From the sequence record NC_049340.1: a DNA stretch of 64,000 nt; one strand, 5' to 3'. This document shows, in pieces, positions 22,761 through 33,302 of this stretch; the stretch's first letter is position 1, and every line of letters begins with the position of its first letter. The notes under the pieces were generated by a model. That model saw nothing but the letters and a program-made list of their open reading frames with translations. It searched no databases and was not told the DNA's origin. A program made the position numbers and the translations under genes.

Positions 22761-23303
22761 ATGTTAAATCACGTAAGAAATTCACAAGCTGGTCGAAGAA
22801 ATTACGAAATGGTTACAGATGCTTTATATAAGGTAACATTTATACCACCTGCTGGTGTAGCTGGTGCTGAAATATTAACCGAGCAATGTATATCAATTAC
22901 AGGATGGAAAAGACCTGGCCCTGAGGCAGTTCAACAACAATTCAACCAAGCACGTAGAAACTACGCATCTGTAGATGTGGATAATACTCAAACACTTTCT
23001 GCTACATTTGAAATGAACTTAAATGAGGCTAATCAAAACTATGTTTATAATACAATGGTTGATTGGGCGAATTTGATTTTTAATGACCAAACTGGTGAAA
23101 GAGGTTTAAAGAAAGACTATGTTGGTACAATCATTATTGAACAACATGACCCAAAGGGTAATATCTACTGGACACGTAAATTACAAAATGCTTGGGTTAG
23201 TGGTGAGTTTGCATCTATTGGACAAAATGATGTGGCTAGTGCAGACCCTGTAAAATTCGAATGTACCATAATTGCAGATTGGTACGATGAAGAAAGAAAA
23301 TAA
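22761..23303 (+). CDS. gp19: Tail tube protein (T4 gp19-like)
   Basis: 180 aa; W.NLIFNDQTG, DYVGTIIIEQHD..G...LQNAW. Confidence 0.85.
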   Translation: MLNHVRNSQAGRRNYEMVTDALYKVTFIPPAGVAGAEILTEQCISITGWKRPGPEAVQQQFNQARRNYASVDVDNTQTLSATFEMNLNEANQNYVYNTMVDWANLIFNDQTGERGLKKDYVGTIIIEQHDPKGNIYWTRKLQNAWVSGEFASIGQNDVASADPVKFECTIIADWYDEERK

Positions 23304-23342
23304 TTAGGCGTGGTAAAGGCTCTACTAAAGTATGTAACCACG

Positions 23343-23385
23343 TAATAGAAAAAACCGAGCGTTAACGCTCGGTTTTTTTCTATTA
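23343..23385. terminator. Bidirectional terminator palindrome between the tube gene and the antisense endonuclease gene
   Basis: TAATAG-A6-CCGAGCGTTAACGCTCGG-T7-CTATTA. Confidence 0.8.
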
Positions 23386-24475
23386 TATTATTTATTTCGT
23401 TTATTAAGTTTTCCATAAATTTAGAATCTTTAGATTCATAATCATAAACTTCAAAGTAATTTTTATGATTATAATGTTCTGTTGCTAACTTTCTTTTAAC
23501 TTCATCTTTTTGTTTTGCAACATCAGTATTATGCCAATATGAACCATGATACTCTATAATTATATCATATTTTTTACAGAAAAAGTCGTAATAAAATTTC
23601 TTGTTTGTTACAATATCCGTATAACCTATAGGCACATCTAAATTAATTTCATCAAATCCATAAAATGACCCCTTTAGTTTAGGAATAATTTCAATAATAT
23701 TATCAAAGAATTTTATTGATTCTTTTGATACTGTACCATTATTTGTATTATGTAATGTTATTGGGTGCATTGTACCATATCTATCAAGATTTGTAGCTAA
23801 TACTTTTTGTTTTATTAAATGATTATGTACAGTACAAGTAACACCATATCTATCAAGATTAGTTTGTTTTATTTTATCCTTTATCTTATCTAAATGCATA
23901 TGATGTCTAACACCATATTTTTCAAAACATGTTTGTTCTATACGATTCTTTATTATTGGACTCTGTGATGGGTGTTTAACACCATAATTCAAAAGACATG
24001 TTTCTGATTTCTTTTTCTTTATACTATCCAATTTAGATACATTATCAACACCATACTTATCAATAACGGTTTTCTGATAATTGTATACTTTTAATATATT
24101 TGAACATTTTCTACAACATGTCAAAGAATTTGACATTTGTATATATTCAGAAAAACTATATTTAGATTTATTAATATCAATAACAATATTACATCCACCG
24201 CACCTAAATTCTTTAATATTATGATAAACCAATAATCCCTTTATATTAAAATCTATTTTTCGAAAATCAATATTTCTATATGATAATATTAAATTAATTA
24301 CATTTTCATACTTTAGTAATACATTTTTTGTTAATCTTTTTCTTTTTGTTAGATATGAAGAAACATACTCAATAAATTCACCATATTCTTTTATTTCACT
24401 TTCATTAAGAACTTCCCTAATATCAAGTTCATCATCAAAAGGTATATACTGTTTATAAATTTTATTTTTCGCCAT
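23362..24475 (-). mobile_element. Putative free-standing homing endonuclease: repeated (K/R)YG helical units plus C-terminal Vsr/very-short-patch-type nuclease
   Basis: KYGVDNVSKLDSIK..., NYGVKHPSQSPII..., DRYG repeats; FYYDFFCKKYDIIIEYHGSYWH; antisense to the surrounding genes; start taken at ATG 24475; stop at 23362 assumes the T7 run is really T6. Confidence 0.65.
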
Positions 24476-24503
24476 ACAATATGTATAATACACAATATTT
24501 TTC

Positions 24504-24863
24504 TTGTTATACATATATTACAAAACTTATAATTATTCAGAATTATGGAAAAAAATGAAAATAAACAAAAAGAAAATAGTTGTTTCCAAAAGGTCAAAAC
24601 AAAGAAAGAAAGTTGTTAGACAACGAAAATCTAAGAGTGAAGACCCAAATGAAAATCCACTATTATCAAGACCACCAAAAAATAGCGTAGGGTTTAACTT
24701 CCTACAAAAACGAAACGAACAGGCAAAAATACAAGCAGAAATATCAGAACAGGTACATAACGAACACGGATTAATACCCGAAAGAGATTTCAGAAATATA
24801 GAGGAAACAGATAATGCTGTTCCTAGTTTTGTTAGAGGATTAATTAATAGATACAGAAAGTAA
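24504..24863 (+). CDS. Hypothetical basic protein (true start probably further downstream)
   Basis: Open frame in the dominant orientation; K/R-rich. Confidence 0.5.
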   Translation: MLYIYYKTYNYSELWKKMKINKKKIVVSKRSKQRKKVVRQRKSKSEDPNENPLLSRPPKNSVGFNFLQKRNEQAKIQAEISEQVHNEHGLIPERDFRNIEETDNAVPSFVRGLINRYRK

Positions 24864-24864
24864 T

Positions 24865-25164
24865 ATGGCAAGTAGTAAAGTTATCATAGTATCACAACCA
24901 TCATTGCATAGCATGGTTAAAGGTGTTTATACAAATAAACAAGATTTCGTTGATGCTATTCTAAACATACCTGATATTAGTTTAATACAATTTAAAGATG
25001 TATTAGGGTATGAACAGAAGAAATTCAATTATCATAATGTAAGAAACTTATTAAACATATCACATATAAATGATTGTTTTATGTTAAAAATATTTATGAA
25101 TGATGACACCGTAAGAGTTCTAGAGGTGGTAATAAAAATGACAAATACAAAATTAGATATATAA
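24865..25164 (+). CDS. Hypothetical protein
   Basis: 99-aa ORF, tightly spaced. Confidence 0.6.
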   Translation: MASSKVIIVSQPSLHSMVKGVYTNKQDFVDAILNIPDISLIQFKDVLGYEQKKFNYHNVRNLLNISHINDCFMLKIFMNDDTVRVLEVVIKMTNTKLDI

Positions 25165-25167
25165 AAA

Positions 25168-26061
25168 ATGGACAACAAAAATCAAGAAAAAAATATGTTG
25201 GATACACTAGCACAACGTGATGCTGGTATCAACACAAACAAGGTAGATACATTTATTGGATGGCATGATGTTAAGCGAGAGGATTTACCATACGGTGGTT
25301 TATTTTTTCCTAAATCATATAATTTTCAAGTACAACCAGCAAATGCTGAAACAGTTGCACACTACTCATCAATGGATGAAACTAACCCACTTAGTGTACA
25401 ATCTGCATTAACACACGTTATAAAAAAACATATTAGAATAACAGATAATGGTGAGGTTGTAAATTCATTGGATGTTATTCACGAATCAATGAGATTTTGG
25501 TTTGCTATGTTGGTTCACACATACACAGGTAATTCAACAAGTTTAGAAAATTCTGAAATGTGTCCAAAATGTAATCATAGTAATAAAGTGGTTATAACAC
25601 CATATGTTATTAAATTTATGGAGTTAGATGATTATGTTCGTGAAAGAGTTGATGTAAATACTGGTATGTTCATACAAAAAACAAAGTCTTACGGTGAATT
25701 GGAATACCAACCAATAACTTTAGGAATGCGTGCTGAGTTGATGGCTTACATGCAAGAAAAATACCAAAAGAAAGAATCATTTGATATGCAATTCTTATCA
25801 TATGCACCGTTGATTTATCCATTAAGAAAGAAAGGACAATCAATTGATGATTTATATAAGAATGTATATTATCCAATGACACAAGATATCAAGAAATTTT
25901 CAACATTCACTAAAATAATAAACAAAGTTGCGCTAGACCAGTTGTTGACCATCGACACTAACTGTTCTAAGTGTGACCATCGGTTTCAAGTTGATATTTC
26001 AAAGACCCAAGGACTCAGACATATTTTCCTTGATTCGAGTGCCGATGACGAACTATTATGA
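25168..26061 (+). CDS. gp26: Baseplate hub assembly protein (T4 gp26-like)
   Basis: DLPYGGLFFP N-terminal motif; CPKCNH and C..CDH Zn-ribbon. Confidence 0.6.
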   Translation: MDNKNQEKNMLDTLAQRDAGINTNKVDTFIGWHDVKREDLPYGGLFFPKSYNFQVQPANAETVAHYSSMDETNPLSVQSALTHVIKKHIRITDNGEVVNSLDVIHESMRFWFAMLVHTYTGNSTSLENSEMCPKCNHSNKVVITPYVIKFMELDDYVRERVDVNTGMFIQKTKSYGELEYQPITLGMRAELMAYMQEKYQKKESFDMQFLSYAPLIYPLRKKGQSIDDLYKNVYYPMTQDIKKFSTFTKIINKVALDQLLTIDTNCSKCDHRFQVDISKTQGLRHIFLDSSADDELL

Positions 26062-26275
26062 TGATAAATTTCATATGCTTGATAGGCTAAGTCTACAGCC
26101 TAGTGAAGTTAATAATTTACCATGGTATGAGTTCTTACACTACCGTAATAAGTTGGCTGAAAAAATAAAAGCTGAGAATGATGCAAACAAAAAGCAAATG
26201 CAAGACCAAGAACAATCAAGGTCTAAATCAGCAAGTTCTAGATTTAGAATGCCTAAAATGAAAAAGTTTTGGTAA
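26045..26275 (+). CDS. Baseplate hub assembly catalyst (gp51-like)
   Basis: MTNYYDDKFHML...SEVNNLPWYEFLHY...KIKAEN resembles the small chaperone that follows gp26. Confidence 0.5.
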   Translation: MTNYYDDKFHMLDRLSLQPSEVNNLPWYEFLHYRNKLAEKIKAENDANKKQMQDQEQSRSKSASSRFRMPKMKKFW

Positions 26276-26315
26276 CAAAAAATGCGAGAAATTAAAAGTT
26301 TCTCGCATTTTTGTT
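26274..26315 (+). terminator. Intrinsic terminator
   Basis: A6-TGCGAGAAA-ttaaaag-TTTCTCGCA-T5. Confidence 0.75.
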
Positions 26316-26349
26316 GGTTGTACTGGATATCCACATGAATTAAGTAAAT

Positions 26350-26625
26350 ATGAAAAATAATAATCATAGATGGTACTTACAAATTAGATTCAAAAATAAC
26401 GGTGACCCATTTTGGTATAGGTCATGGTGTATTAATGAACCTTATAAAACATTAACTGAATGTGAAGATATTGCAGAGGGTTTATTAGATGATACTGTTG
26501 ATGCAATGAGAATAGTTGATTCAGTAAAAAATGATTTACATAAACATATCGTTAATTTACCATACTACACACAAAATAAGCGTACTTTAGTACATTTTAA
26601 TGTTATCATACCACCAAGCACATAA
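26350..26625 (+). CDS. Hypothetical protein
   Basis: 91-aa ORF. Confidence 0.5.
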   Translation: MKNNNHRWYLQIRFKNNGDPFWYRSWCINEPYKTLTECEDIAEGLLDDTVDAMRIVDSVKNDLHKHIVNLPYYTQNKRTLVHFNVIIPPST

Positions 26626-26672
26626 AGTACGCTTATTTTCCATACCTATACATAAATAAAGGACATTAGACT

Positions 26673-26963
26673 ATGGATGAAAAACAAATAAATGCAATAT
26701 TCAAATCACAATTACATGCACGCATGATTAATTATGATTTATATTTCTTTGAGAGTGGTTCTGTATCGGTAATTATAAAAGTACGTTCAACAAAATTAAC
26801 AATACAATTACCGTATATAATTGAAAAGCATAATAACAATATTGTTGTTAGTTCACCTGAAAGGGTATGGAAACTTAATACAAATGATGAAAATATTGCG
26901 GTTCAATTAATAGTTAAGGATGTAAGAAAACAAGAAGTTAAATTCAACAAATTCTCGAAATAA
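26673..26963 (+). CDS. Hypothetical protein
   Basis: 96-aa ORF after TATACATA. Confidence 0.55.
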   Translation: MDEKQINAIFKSQLHARMINYDLYFFESGSVSVIIKVRSTKLTIQLPYIIEKHNNNIVVSSPERVWKLNTNDENIAVQLIVKDVRKQEVKFNKFSK

Positions 26964-27580
26964 TGGCAAGTATTAAACAATTTATAAATTTTATGAACTC
27001 AGCTACTAAATTTAAAGTAGATATACCTGAAAAGGCTGGGGTTGCACTAAGACCAATCATTGATGATATTATCTATGATATACATGAAGCAAATGAAATT
27101 GTAACAGAGCGAATATATGAGAATGTAAAAAATGCATTACATATGGAGTGTATTGATACAGCCAAGGCAATTGTTATGGATTATTCATTATGGTTAAAAT
27201 CAGATGAGCAAAACTTAAATGAGGAATTTACCGCTAATTTTGATGAGTTTTTAGTTGATGAAACTAGTATTAACGAAAGTGAAGAAATTTCAGAGGCTAG
27301 AGGACGTGTACAAACACTAAGGGGTATGGATTTAAAGAAGCGAAAAGCAAAGGCAGAAATTATGTCCAAATTAAATAAAGACCCACAGTACATACAAGCA
27401 AGTCAAAAACTTTTAATGATTGCTAATAGGGTTGCACGTAAATTAGCACGTGAGGCTGGAATTAAACCAAACCTAGTTGATGTTTCCAAAGTAATTGTTA
27501 GAAAATCAACAATAACAAAGGCACAAGAAACAAAACCGAAAAAAGAAGAACCAAAGGATAACAAAAAAGACACTCAATAA
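26963..27580 (+). CDS. Hypothetical protein, acidic middle and basic C-terminus (possible internal head protein)
   Basis: LNEE/INES/ISEA motifs, then a K/R-rich tail. Confidence 0.55.
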   Translation: MASIKQFINFMNSATKFKVDIPEKAGVALRPIIDDIIYDIHEANEIVTERIYENVKNALHMECIDTAKAIVMDYSLWLKSDEQNLNEEFTANFDEFLVDETSINESEEISEARGRVQTLRGMDLKKRKAKAEIMSKLNKDPQYIQASQKLLMIANRVARKLAREAGIKPNLVDVSKVIVRKSTITKAQETKPKKEEPKDNKKDTQ

Positions 27581-27595
27581 GAGTGTCTTTTTTGT
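27561..27595 (+). terminator. Intrinsic terminator, 15-bp stem
   Basis: ACAAAAAAGACACTC-aataa-GAGTGTCTTTTTTGT. Confidence 0.8.
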
Positions 27596-27669
27596 GTTTA
27601 TTATTACCTTTATACTATGTATGATGTTCCTAAATTACAAACATAGATACATACATAAAACACTTTTCC

Positions 27670-30320
27670 ATGGCAGAATTTGAGGGCGTTCACGGAAGTC
27701 CAAAGGATACTGGTGAATCAATGGGTATGGCAACAGGAAACCTATTATCAACAGCAGAATATCTAAAGGCATCACTTGAAGAGCAAAAAGAAATAAAAAA
27801 TAACATTGTAACATTAAATGAGGTTGTATCAGCAACACTTCCGAGTATTGGTGATAATGAAAGTGGGTTAAGTGCTAACACTAGTGCAATACTTTCATTA
27901 AAGGATACAATTGAAAATGCTAGTGTATCTATTGATGCTAAAAACTTCGATAGTAATTTTTTCACTAGTTTATTACATTTAATGTCTAATGAAAGAAGAA
28001 CAAATAAATTATATTCATTTGCTACTATGTTTGAGCGTTCTGCATCCATTATGGGTAGTGCGCAAAAATATGTTCCAGCGATTGAATCTGTTAGTTCAGC
28101 AATGATGAGTGCGGTAGCACCTATTTCATCATTAGCCAAAAGTGCTTTAATGTTTAGTGGTGGTTTAGCTTTACTTGGTTTAACCATGATTACATTTATT
28201 GAAGCAATTACATTTGAGGATATATTAAAATTTGGTTTAATTGTTGGCGCAATAGCAGGTATATCAAGACTCACCAAAGGTGCTGGATGGGATACTGCAA
28301 AATTATCTATGGGTATTGCCACCCTTGGGTTAGCTGTTTGGGGATTCAATGAACTAATAACACCATCGGTAGCTGGTGAGTTTGCATTAAGTACATTCTT
28401 AGTTATGGGAGGTATTGCAGGTGCTAGTAAGTTGGCTAATATGATTGGTGGTAAATCATTCTCTAATATAATTAAATCTAGTATTGCAATTGGTGCATTA
28501 TCCGCATCTGTTTATGTTTTTGGTAAAGCAATGACTGTAGCGAAAACTATTGATTTAGAAAAAGCTAGTGAATTAGGTATTGTAATTGCTGGGTATGGTA
28601 TTGGATTTAATATGTTAGGTTCAATGACAGGTTCTATACTAAAAGGTGCATTATCTGCTGGTGCAATTGGTGGTGGTTTATGGTTATTATCAAAAGGTCT
28701 TCAAGATTTATCACAAATTGACTTATCATTATCAAGAGCATTGGAACTTAGTGCAATTGTATTAGGTGCAACAGCAATACTTACATTATTGGTAACCCAG
28801 TTACAATTGGGTTTACTCTTGCTGGTGCTGGTGCTAGTGCATTGATTGGTGGAGGTCTTGCAATACTTGGTATGGGTATTAACACATTAGCTAATATTAA
28901 CATAAGCAAAGAACAAGCACATAATTTTAGAAGTGCGGTTAATACAATAACGGATACCTTTATTGATTTTGCGAATCCATTAAAATTACCAATCTTATTA
29001 TTAGGAATGGCACAAGCTGGATTGGTTGCAGGGTCAACATTAGCAATGAGTGGTGCAGTCGCATTAGTATCTAAATTGAATATTGCAGGTGAAGATAAGT
29101 TTAATGCATTCAAACATGGTGCAATTACTCTTAGTGATATTTTTGCCGACTTTGGTAGTCCTTGGAAATTAGCAAAGGTTACGTTAGGTGCTGGTATGGC
29201 AACCATGGTTGCAGGTGCAACACTTGCAACATCATTGAGTATTGGTGCAATGACCAAAGTTATTTCAAGTCCAAGTGATGTAACAAGAGCAACACAATCA
29301 TTGGATTTATTTATAGGTGGTGTTGAGGGTGCGTTAGTTGGTCGTGAAAAATCATTCCCAGCTATAAACAAAGGTATACACTCATTCATGGGGTTATCTA
29401 ATATGGTTCGTGAAGTTGCTGATTCTGCACAAGCTATAGGAAATTTAGAATTTATTGAAAAAGAAGTAAGGAATGGTAAAGTTGTTGTAAAGTCTGTTAG
29501 GAAGTTTACACAAGAGGATTTCGGTAGAATTGGTACTTCGGTTGGTATGATGTTAAGTGCATTAACAGAACCATTATCAGCAATAGGTGGTACAAAAGAT
29601 TCATTTTCTATAGGTGGTTTTACTGTAACAAATCCATTCTCAAATAAAGTACAAGCAGGAATACAAGCAGTTTCTGAAATTGGAAATGTATTTACACCAC
29701 TTGCAACAATATTAGATGTATTTAGCAGGAATAATATTGATGAGGCATATGTACAAAAGTTTAATAAGAATTTAGGATTTTTATTAAATGGGTTAACAAC
29801 TAATTTTATTGGGTTACAGTCGGTTGATGATGATTCTTTAAGAAAGTTGGGTATTGGTACAAAACATTTAAATGATTTATTATTTAATGTTTCAGCTGAT
29901 AAGATGAACCAAGGTACAGCAAACTTTGAGAGAATGGCAAGTTCTGTAACAGTAATTAAGAATGCTGTTAATGGAATGGATTTAGATAAACTTTCTAAAT
30001 TAAACGAGTTGGTATTTAATGTTAAGATGGCAGTTGAAACAAACGCACTTGAAGAGTTAGTTGGTACATTTGCTGAATTTATAGAAGATTTATCAAATAA
30101 ATTAGGTTCTATTGCAACAAATACACAACAAAGAGAAAGTAAGAATGCATCATCTGATATTAATACACCAAGTGATGTTAAGAAAACAATTAAAGAAGTT
30201 AGTGAAGAAGTTACAGAAAGTCAACAACTTGATTTGAGTGAGGTTGTTGATAGTATTGAAGAACTATCTAATATTTTAAGAACAGCAACATTAAAAGTTC
30301 GTAATGTTGATAATATTTAA
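27670..30320 (+). CDS. Probable tape measure protein (~883 aa if joined), split by a -1 indel near 28785-28790
   Basis: Ala/Gly/Ser/Leu-rich helical and hydrophobic repeats; the -1 frame reads IGNPVTIGFTLAGAGASALIGG into ORF 28842; tail-region context. Confidence 0.6.
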
Positions 30321-30348
30321 AAATAGGGTGCTATGCGCCCTATTTTTT
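30319..30348 (+). terminator. Intrinsic terminator
   Basis: AAAAATAGGGTG...CGCCCTATTTTTT. Confidence 0.7.
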
Positions 30349-30378
30349 GTTATGATACATAATTAAAAGAGATTACCT

Positions 30379-31098
30379 ATGTACGGAAATGTATTTTATG
30401 AACAATTAGAAATAAAAGCTGATAAACCAATAGACAAACGAATGTATATTGACAGTTTAACAGTAGCAAATTTAAAGTTATTATTTGAGGACGATGGTAA
30501 ATATAGTTTTCTAAATAATATAATCTTTAATAAGGCAGATAAAAAGTTTTATTACTTAGCTACTAGAGCAACACCAGCAGATGCGGTTGACCCAGCAAAG
30601 TGGACAGCTTTACAATCTTCTGCAAATGGTTTTGTTTTATATGCATCAGCGAACACGTATAATATTGGTGATTGTGTTTATCAAATTGATGGTGGTTCTA
30701 ATAAAAGATTTTTTATAGCAAAGGAGGCTATTGCAGTAAACGAAGCACCATTAACAACATCAGCAAAGTGGTTAGAGGTTAGTGGTAGTGGAAATAATTG
30801 GCAGAGGTATGAACATAGATTGAATCCAGCAGTACCAGCAGGTAATACAACTAGGACATTTGATGTTTCTGTTATTTCTGATTTATCGAATGGTCATAGT
30901 CCAATAGTTAAGTTTTATTGTGATAAGAATGTAAAAATTAGTGGTCAAGTTGCTTGGCAGGAAATTATACCATTCTATCAAATATTTACTGATGGTGGAG
31001 TTACAAAAATTAGAGTAACTTTTAGTGGTGATTTAACCGATATATACTATGATGGTGGTAACGCAACACAAAAAAACATAATAGCAGAAATTAGATAA
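30379..31098 (+). CDS. Putative virion protein with carbohydrate-binding-like module
   Basis: KPIDKR N-terminal motif; YASANTYNIGDCVYQ...W. Confidence 0.5.
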   Translation: MYGNVFYEQLEIKADKPIDKRMYIDSLTVANLKLLFEDDGKYSFLNNIIFNKADKKFYYLATRATPADAVDPAKWTALQSSANGFVLYASANTYNIGDCVYQIDGGSNKRFFIAKEAIAVNEAPLTTSAKWLEVSGSGNNWQRYEHRLNPAVPAGNTTRTFDVSVISDLSNGHSPIVKFYCDKNVKISGQVAWQEIIPFYQIFTDGGVTKIRVTFSGDLTDIYYDGGNATQKNIIAEIR

Positions 31099-31099
31099 T

Positions 31100-32104
31100 A
31101 TGGGAGATTTTGCAAAAGACGTGGATTTCCACGGAAATAAAATAAAAAGAGCAAAGGTAGATATACCTAATAGGAATAGTATTGCTAATGATGATGCAAT
31201 TGATAAACAATATGTTGATGATGTTGATAAGTATACAACAACAACCTCATCAAATACTGGTGTTCAGCCGACAAATATCGTTACTGATAGAACATTAATA
31301 CACAATAAACCATCACGTGAATTATTTGATTTAATATTTTATCCTATAATAAAGGCTAAATATATTAAACCAACATTTACTGCTACTACAAGATTTGTAC
31401 AAGTTGGAACAAACACAGCAGTAACCCCTGAGGTTGGTATGTTAGTTGATGTTAAGTTTGATATAACAACAACATTAAATGACTCACAAGGATTAGATGC
31501 TAATAAATATCAACTATCAGGTAGTGGTATAACAGGAACTATAAGTGGAATTGATGATGGTGTTGCTGGATATACTATATCAAATTATAGAATACAAGAA
31601 AACAACACTTGGCAGTTAACACAGAATTATAAACAAGCAAATGTTAAAAATGATTCTAGAGGTAATGCAGATGCAACTGGTGACCCAACAGCACCGTATT
31701 TTAATGCAAGTACACAAACACAAACAATAAATAATGTTGTTAAGTGGGTTTGGTATGGTGTTGCATTGAATGGTGATATTTCATCACCATCAAATACGAC
31801 AATAGGTACATTATTGTCTAGTGGTAAGAAGCATGGTGATGTACCAACAGAGGCAAAAGTTAGCGTACCTAGTGGTGGTACACAAACAATATATTTCGCT
31901 ATACCAATTAATGGTATATCAATACCACAATTAACAGCAACAAAGGATGGTTCTATGCCAGTAACAGCATCCTTTACTGGTACTTTATTAACTGATGTAC
32001 CTGATGCAACCAATAGCGGAAATACTAAAAACTATGCATTATATAGAGCAACAAATGGTAATGGATTTGCCCAAGTTGCTGAGTATGTATTCAAAACACA
32101 ATAA
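31100..32104 (+). CDS. Putative virion structural protein (Thr/Asn-rich, beta-rich)
   Basis: 334-aa ORF in an operon with 30379 and 32107. Confidence 0.5.
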   Translation: MGDFAKDVDFHGNKIKRAKVDIPNRNSIANDDAIDKQYVDDVDKYTTTTSSNTGVQPTNIVTDRTLIHNKPSRELFDLIFYPIIKAKYIKPTFTATTRFVQVGTNTAVTPEVGMLVDVKFDITTTLNDSQGLDANKYQLSGSGITGTISGIDDGVAGYTISNYRIQENNTWQLTQNYKQANVKNDSRGNADATGDPTAPYFNASTQTQTINNVVKWVWYGVALNGDISSPSNTTIGTLLSSGKKHGDVPTEAKVSVPSGGTQTIYFAIPINGISIPQLTATKDGSMPVTASFTGTLLTDVPDATNSGNTKNYALYRATNGNGFAQVAEYVFKTQ

Positions 32105-32106
32105 AC

Positions 32107-32589
32107 ATGGCAACAGGAAATTCAACGGTAGCTAGATTTGACTACCCATTAATATTTAATATAACACAACCAGCACCTATTGATTCAAGGTTCACCATTA
32201 GTTCTGTTTCAAATTTAGCAACAGAATTGCCTAGTGGTGTTCGATATAAGGGATTGATAGTATGGGTTGAGGATGTTAAGACATTCTATTACTTTAAAGA
32301 TGGTATTTTGGATACTAACTTTATTGTATTTACTTTAGGGTCTGCTGGGGTTACAAAATTCATTTATAACGCACCTGACCCTATAACAAATGGAGAATTA
32401 TTCAACCACGGATTAAACACAGAAGAATTTACCATAGGTTTTATTTTAAATAACAAACCAGTAATAATAGACTATGAGTTATTGCCGTATGATGCATCCA
32501 ATCCAACCCATCACTTGAATAATATCAAACTAATGCCACCTATAGGATACACTATTCCAATGGGATTAAAGATTATTATGATGTATTAA
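32107..32589 (+). CDS. Putative virion protein
   Basis: APIDSR...RYKGLIVWVED motif, related to the N-terminus of 30379. Confidence 0.5.
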   Translation: MATGNSTVARFDYPLIFNITQPAPIDSRFTISSVSNLATELPSGVRYKGLIVWVEDVKTFYYFKDGILDTNFIVFTLGSAGVTKFIYNAPDPITNGELFNHGLNTEEFTIGFILNNKPVIIDYELLPYDASNPTHHLNNIKLMPPIGYTIPMGLKIIMMY

Positions 32590-32623
32590 TATTGTTTTGC
32601 AATGATTCTATAAAAAACATTGC

Positions 32624-32926
32624 ATGAAGTATATTAAATTTTTAGAGTGCGAGGATTTCGCACATGACTTTGAAATGTTTTGTTATTGTGATGTAACAAT
32701 GATAAAAACATTCGACCAAGATGATTTTCATCAACCTTGTGAAGAACTTATAGATACACTAGTTGAGTTCTTCATAAAAAGTTGTGATATTAATATCACA
32801 ACAGTATTCAACTATCCATTATCATATATTGTTAATTTTGGTGATAAACAGGTTGAGTACTATAACACACAAACTATGTTTACTGATTTATTATTTTTTG
32901 TTTATGGACACACAACCAAATTTTAA
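32624..32926 (+). CDS. Hypothetical protein
   Basis: 100-aa ORF. Confidence 0.5.
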   Translation: MKYIKFLECEDFAHDFEMFCYCDVTMIKTFDQDDFHQPCEELIDTLVEFFIKSCDINITTVFNYPLSYIVNFGDKQVEYYNTQTMFTDLLFFVYGHTTKF

Positions 32927-33302
32927 AGTTGTTTTACCATCAAAAGACACATTACGACAACTAATTATGATGGTTGTCGTAATGTGTCTTTGTCTTTTCT
33001 TGTATGACAACTACTTCAACACAGATTCAAATATTGATGATACATATCAAAAAGCCAATGATATATTATCGGAAAGAATAAAGGAACTAGAGCGTGATAT
33101 AACCTCACGAAAGGAATTGGAACAGCAACACAGAGATAGTATTATAATATTGCAGAACCAATTAGAAATATCTAAGATAAAACAATACAAACTAAAAAAG
33201 CAATTACGTGATGCGAAACACAAAATTAAATATTCGAATGATTCTGTTAACGTTGTTCACTACATTAACTATATTAACCAGTATAGGACAAACAACAATT
33301 AA
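32904..33302 (+). CDS. Membrane-anchored coiled-coil protein (i-spanin-like architecture)
   Basis: N-terminal hydrophobic LIMMVVVMCLCLFLY, then heptad-rich helix. Confidence 0.45.
   Translation: MDTQPNFKVVLPSKDTLRQLIMMVVVMCLCLFLYDNYFNTDSNIDDTYQKANDILSERIKELERDITSRKELEQQHRDSIIILQNQLEISKIKQYKLKKQLRDAKHKIKYSNDSVNVVHYINYINQYRTNNN

Noticed and set aside
23165-23361. C-terminal extension of the minus-strand 449-aa ORF into the tail tube gene
   Set aside because: It reads through a terminator palindrome whose arms differ by one base (A6 vs T7); removing one T gives a stop inside the hairpin
26030-26061. Lambda G/GT-style programmed frameshift between the gp26-like and gp51-like genes
   Set aside because: The downstream ORF is in the +1 frame, has its own plausible ATG (26045), and no slippery heptamer is evident
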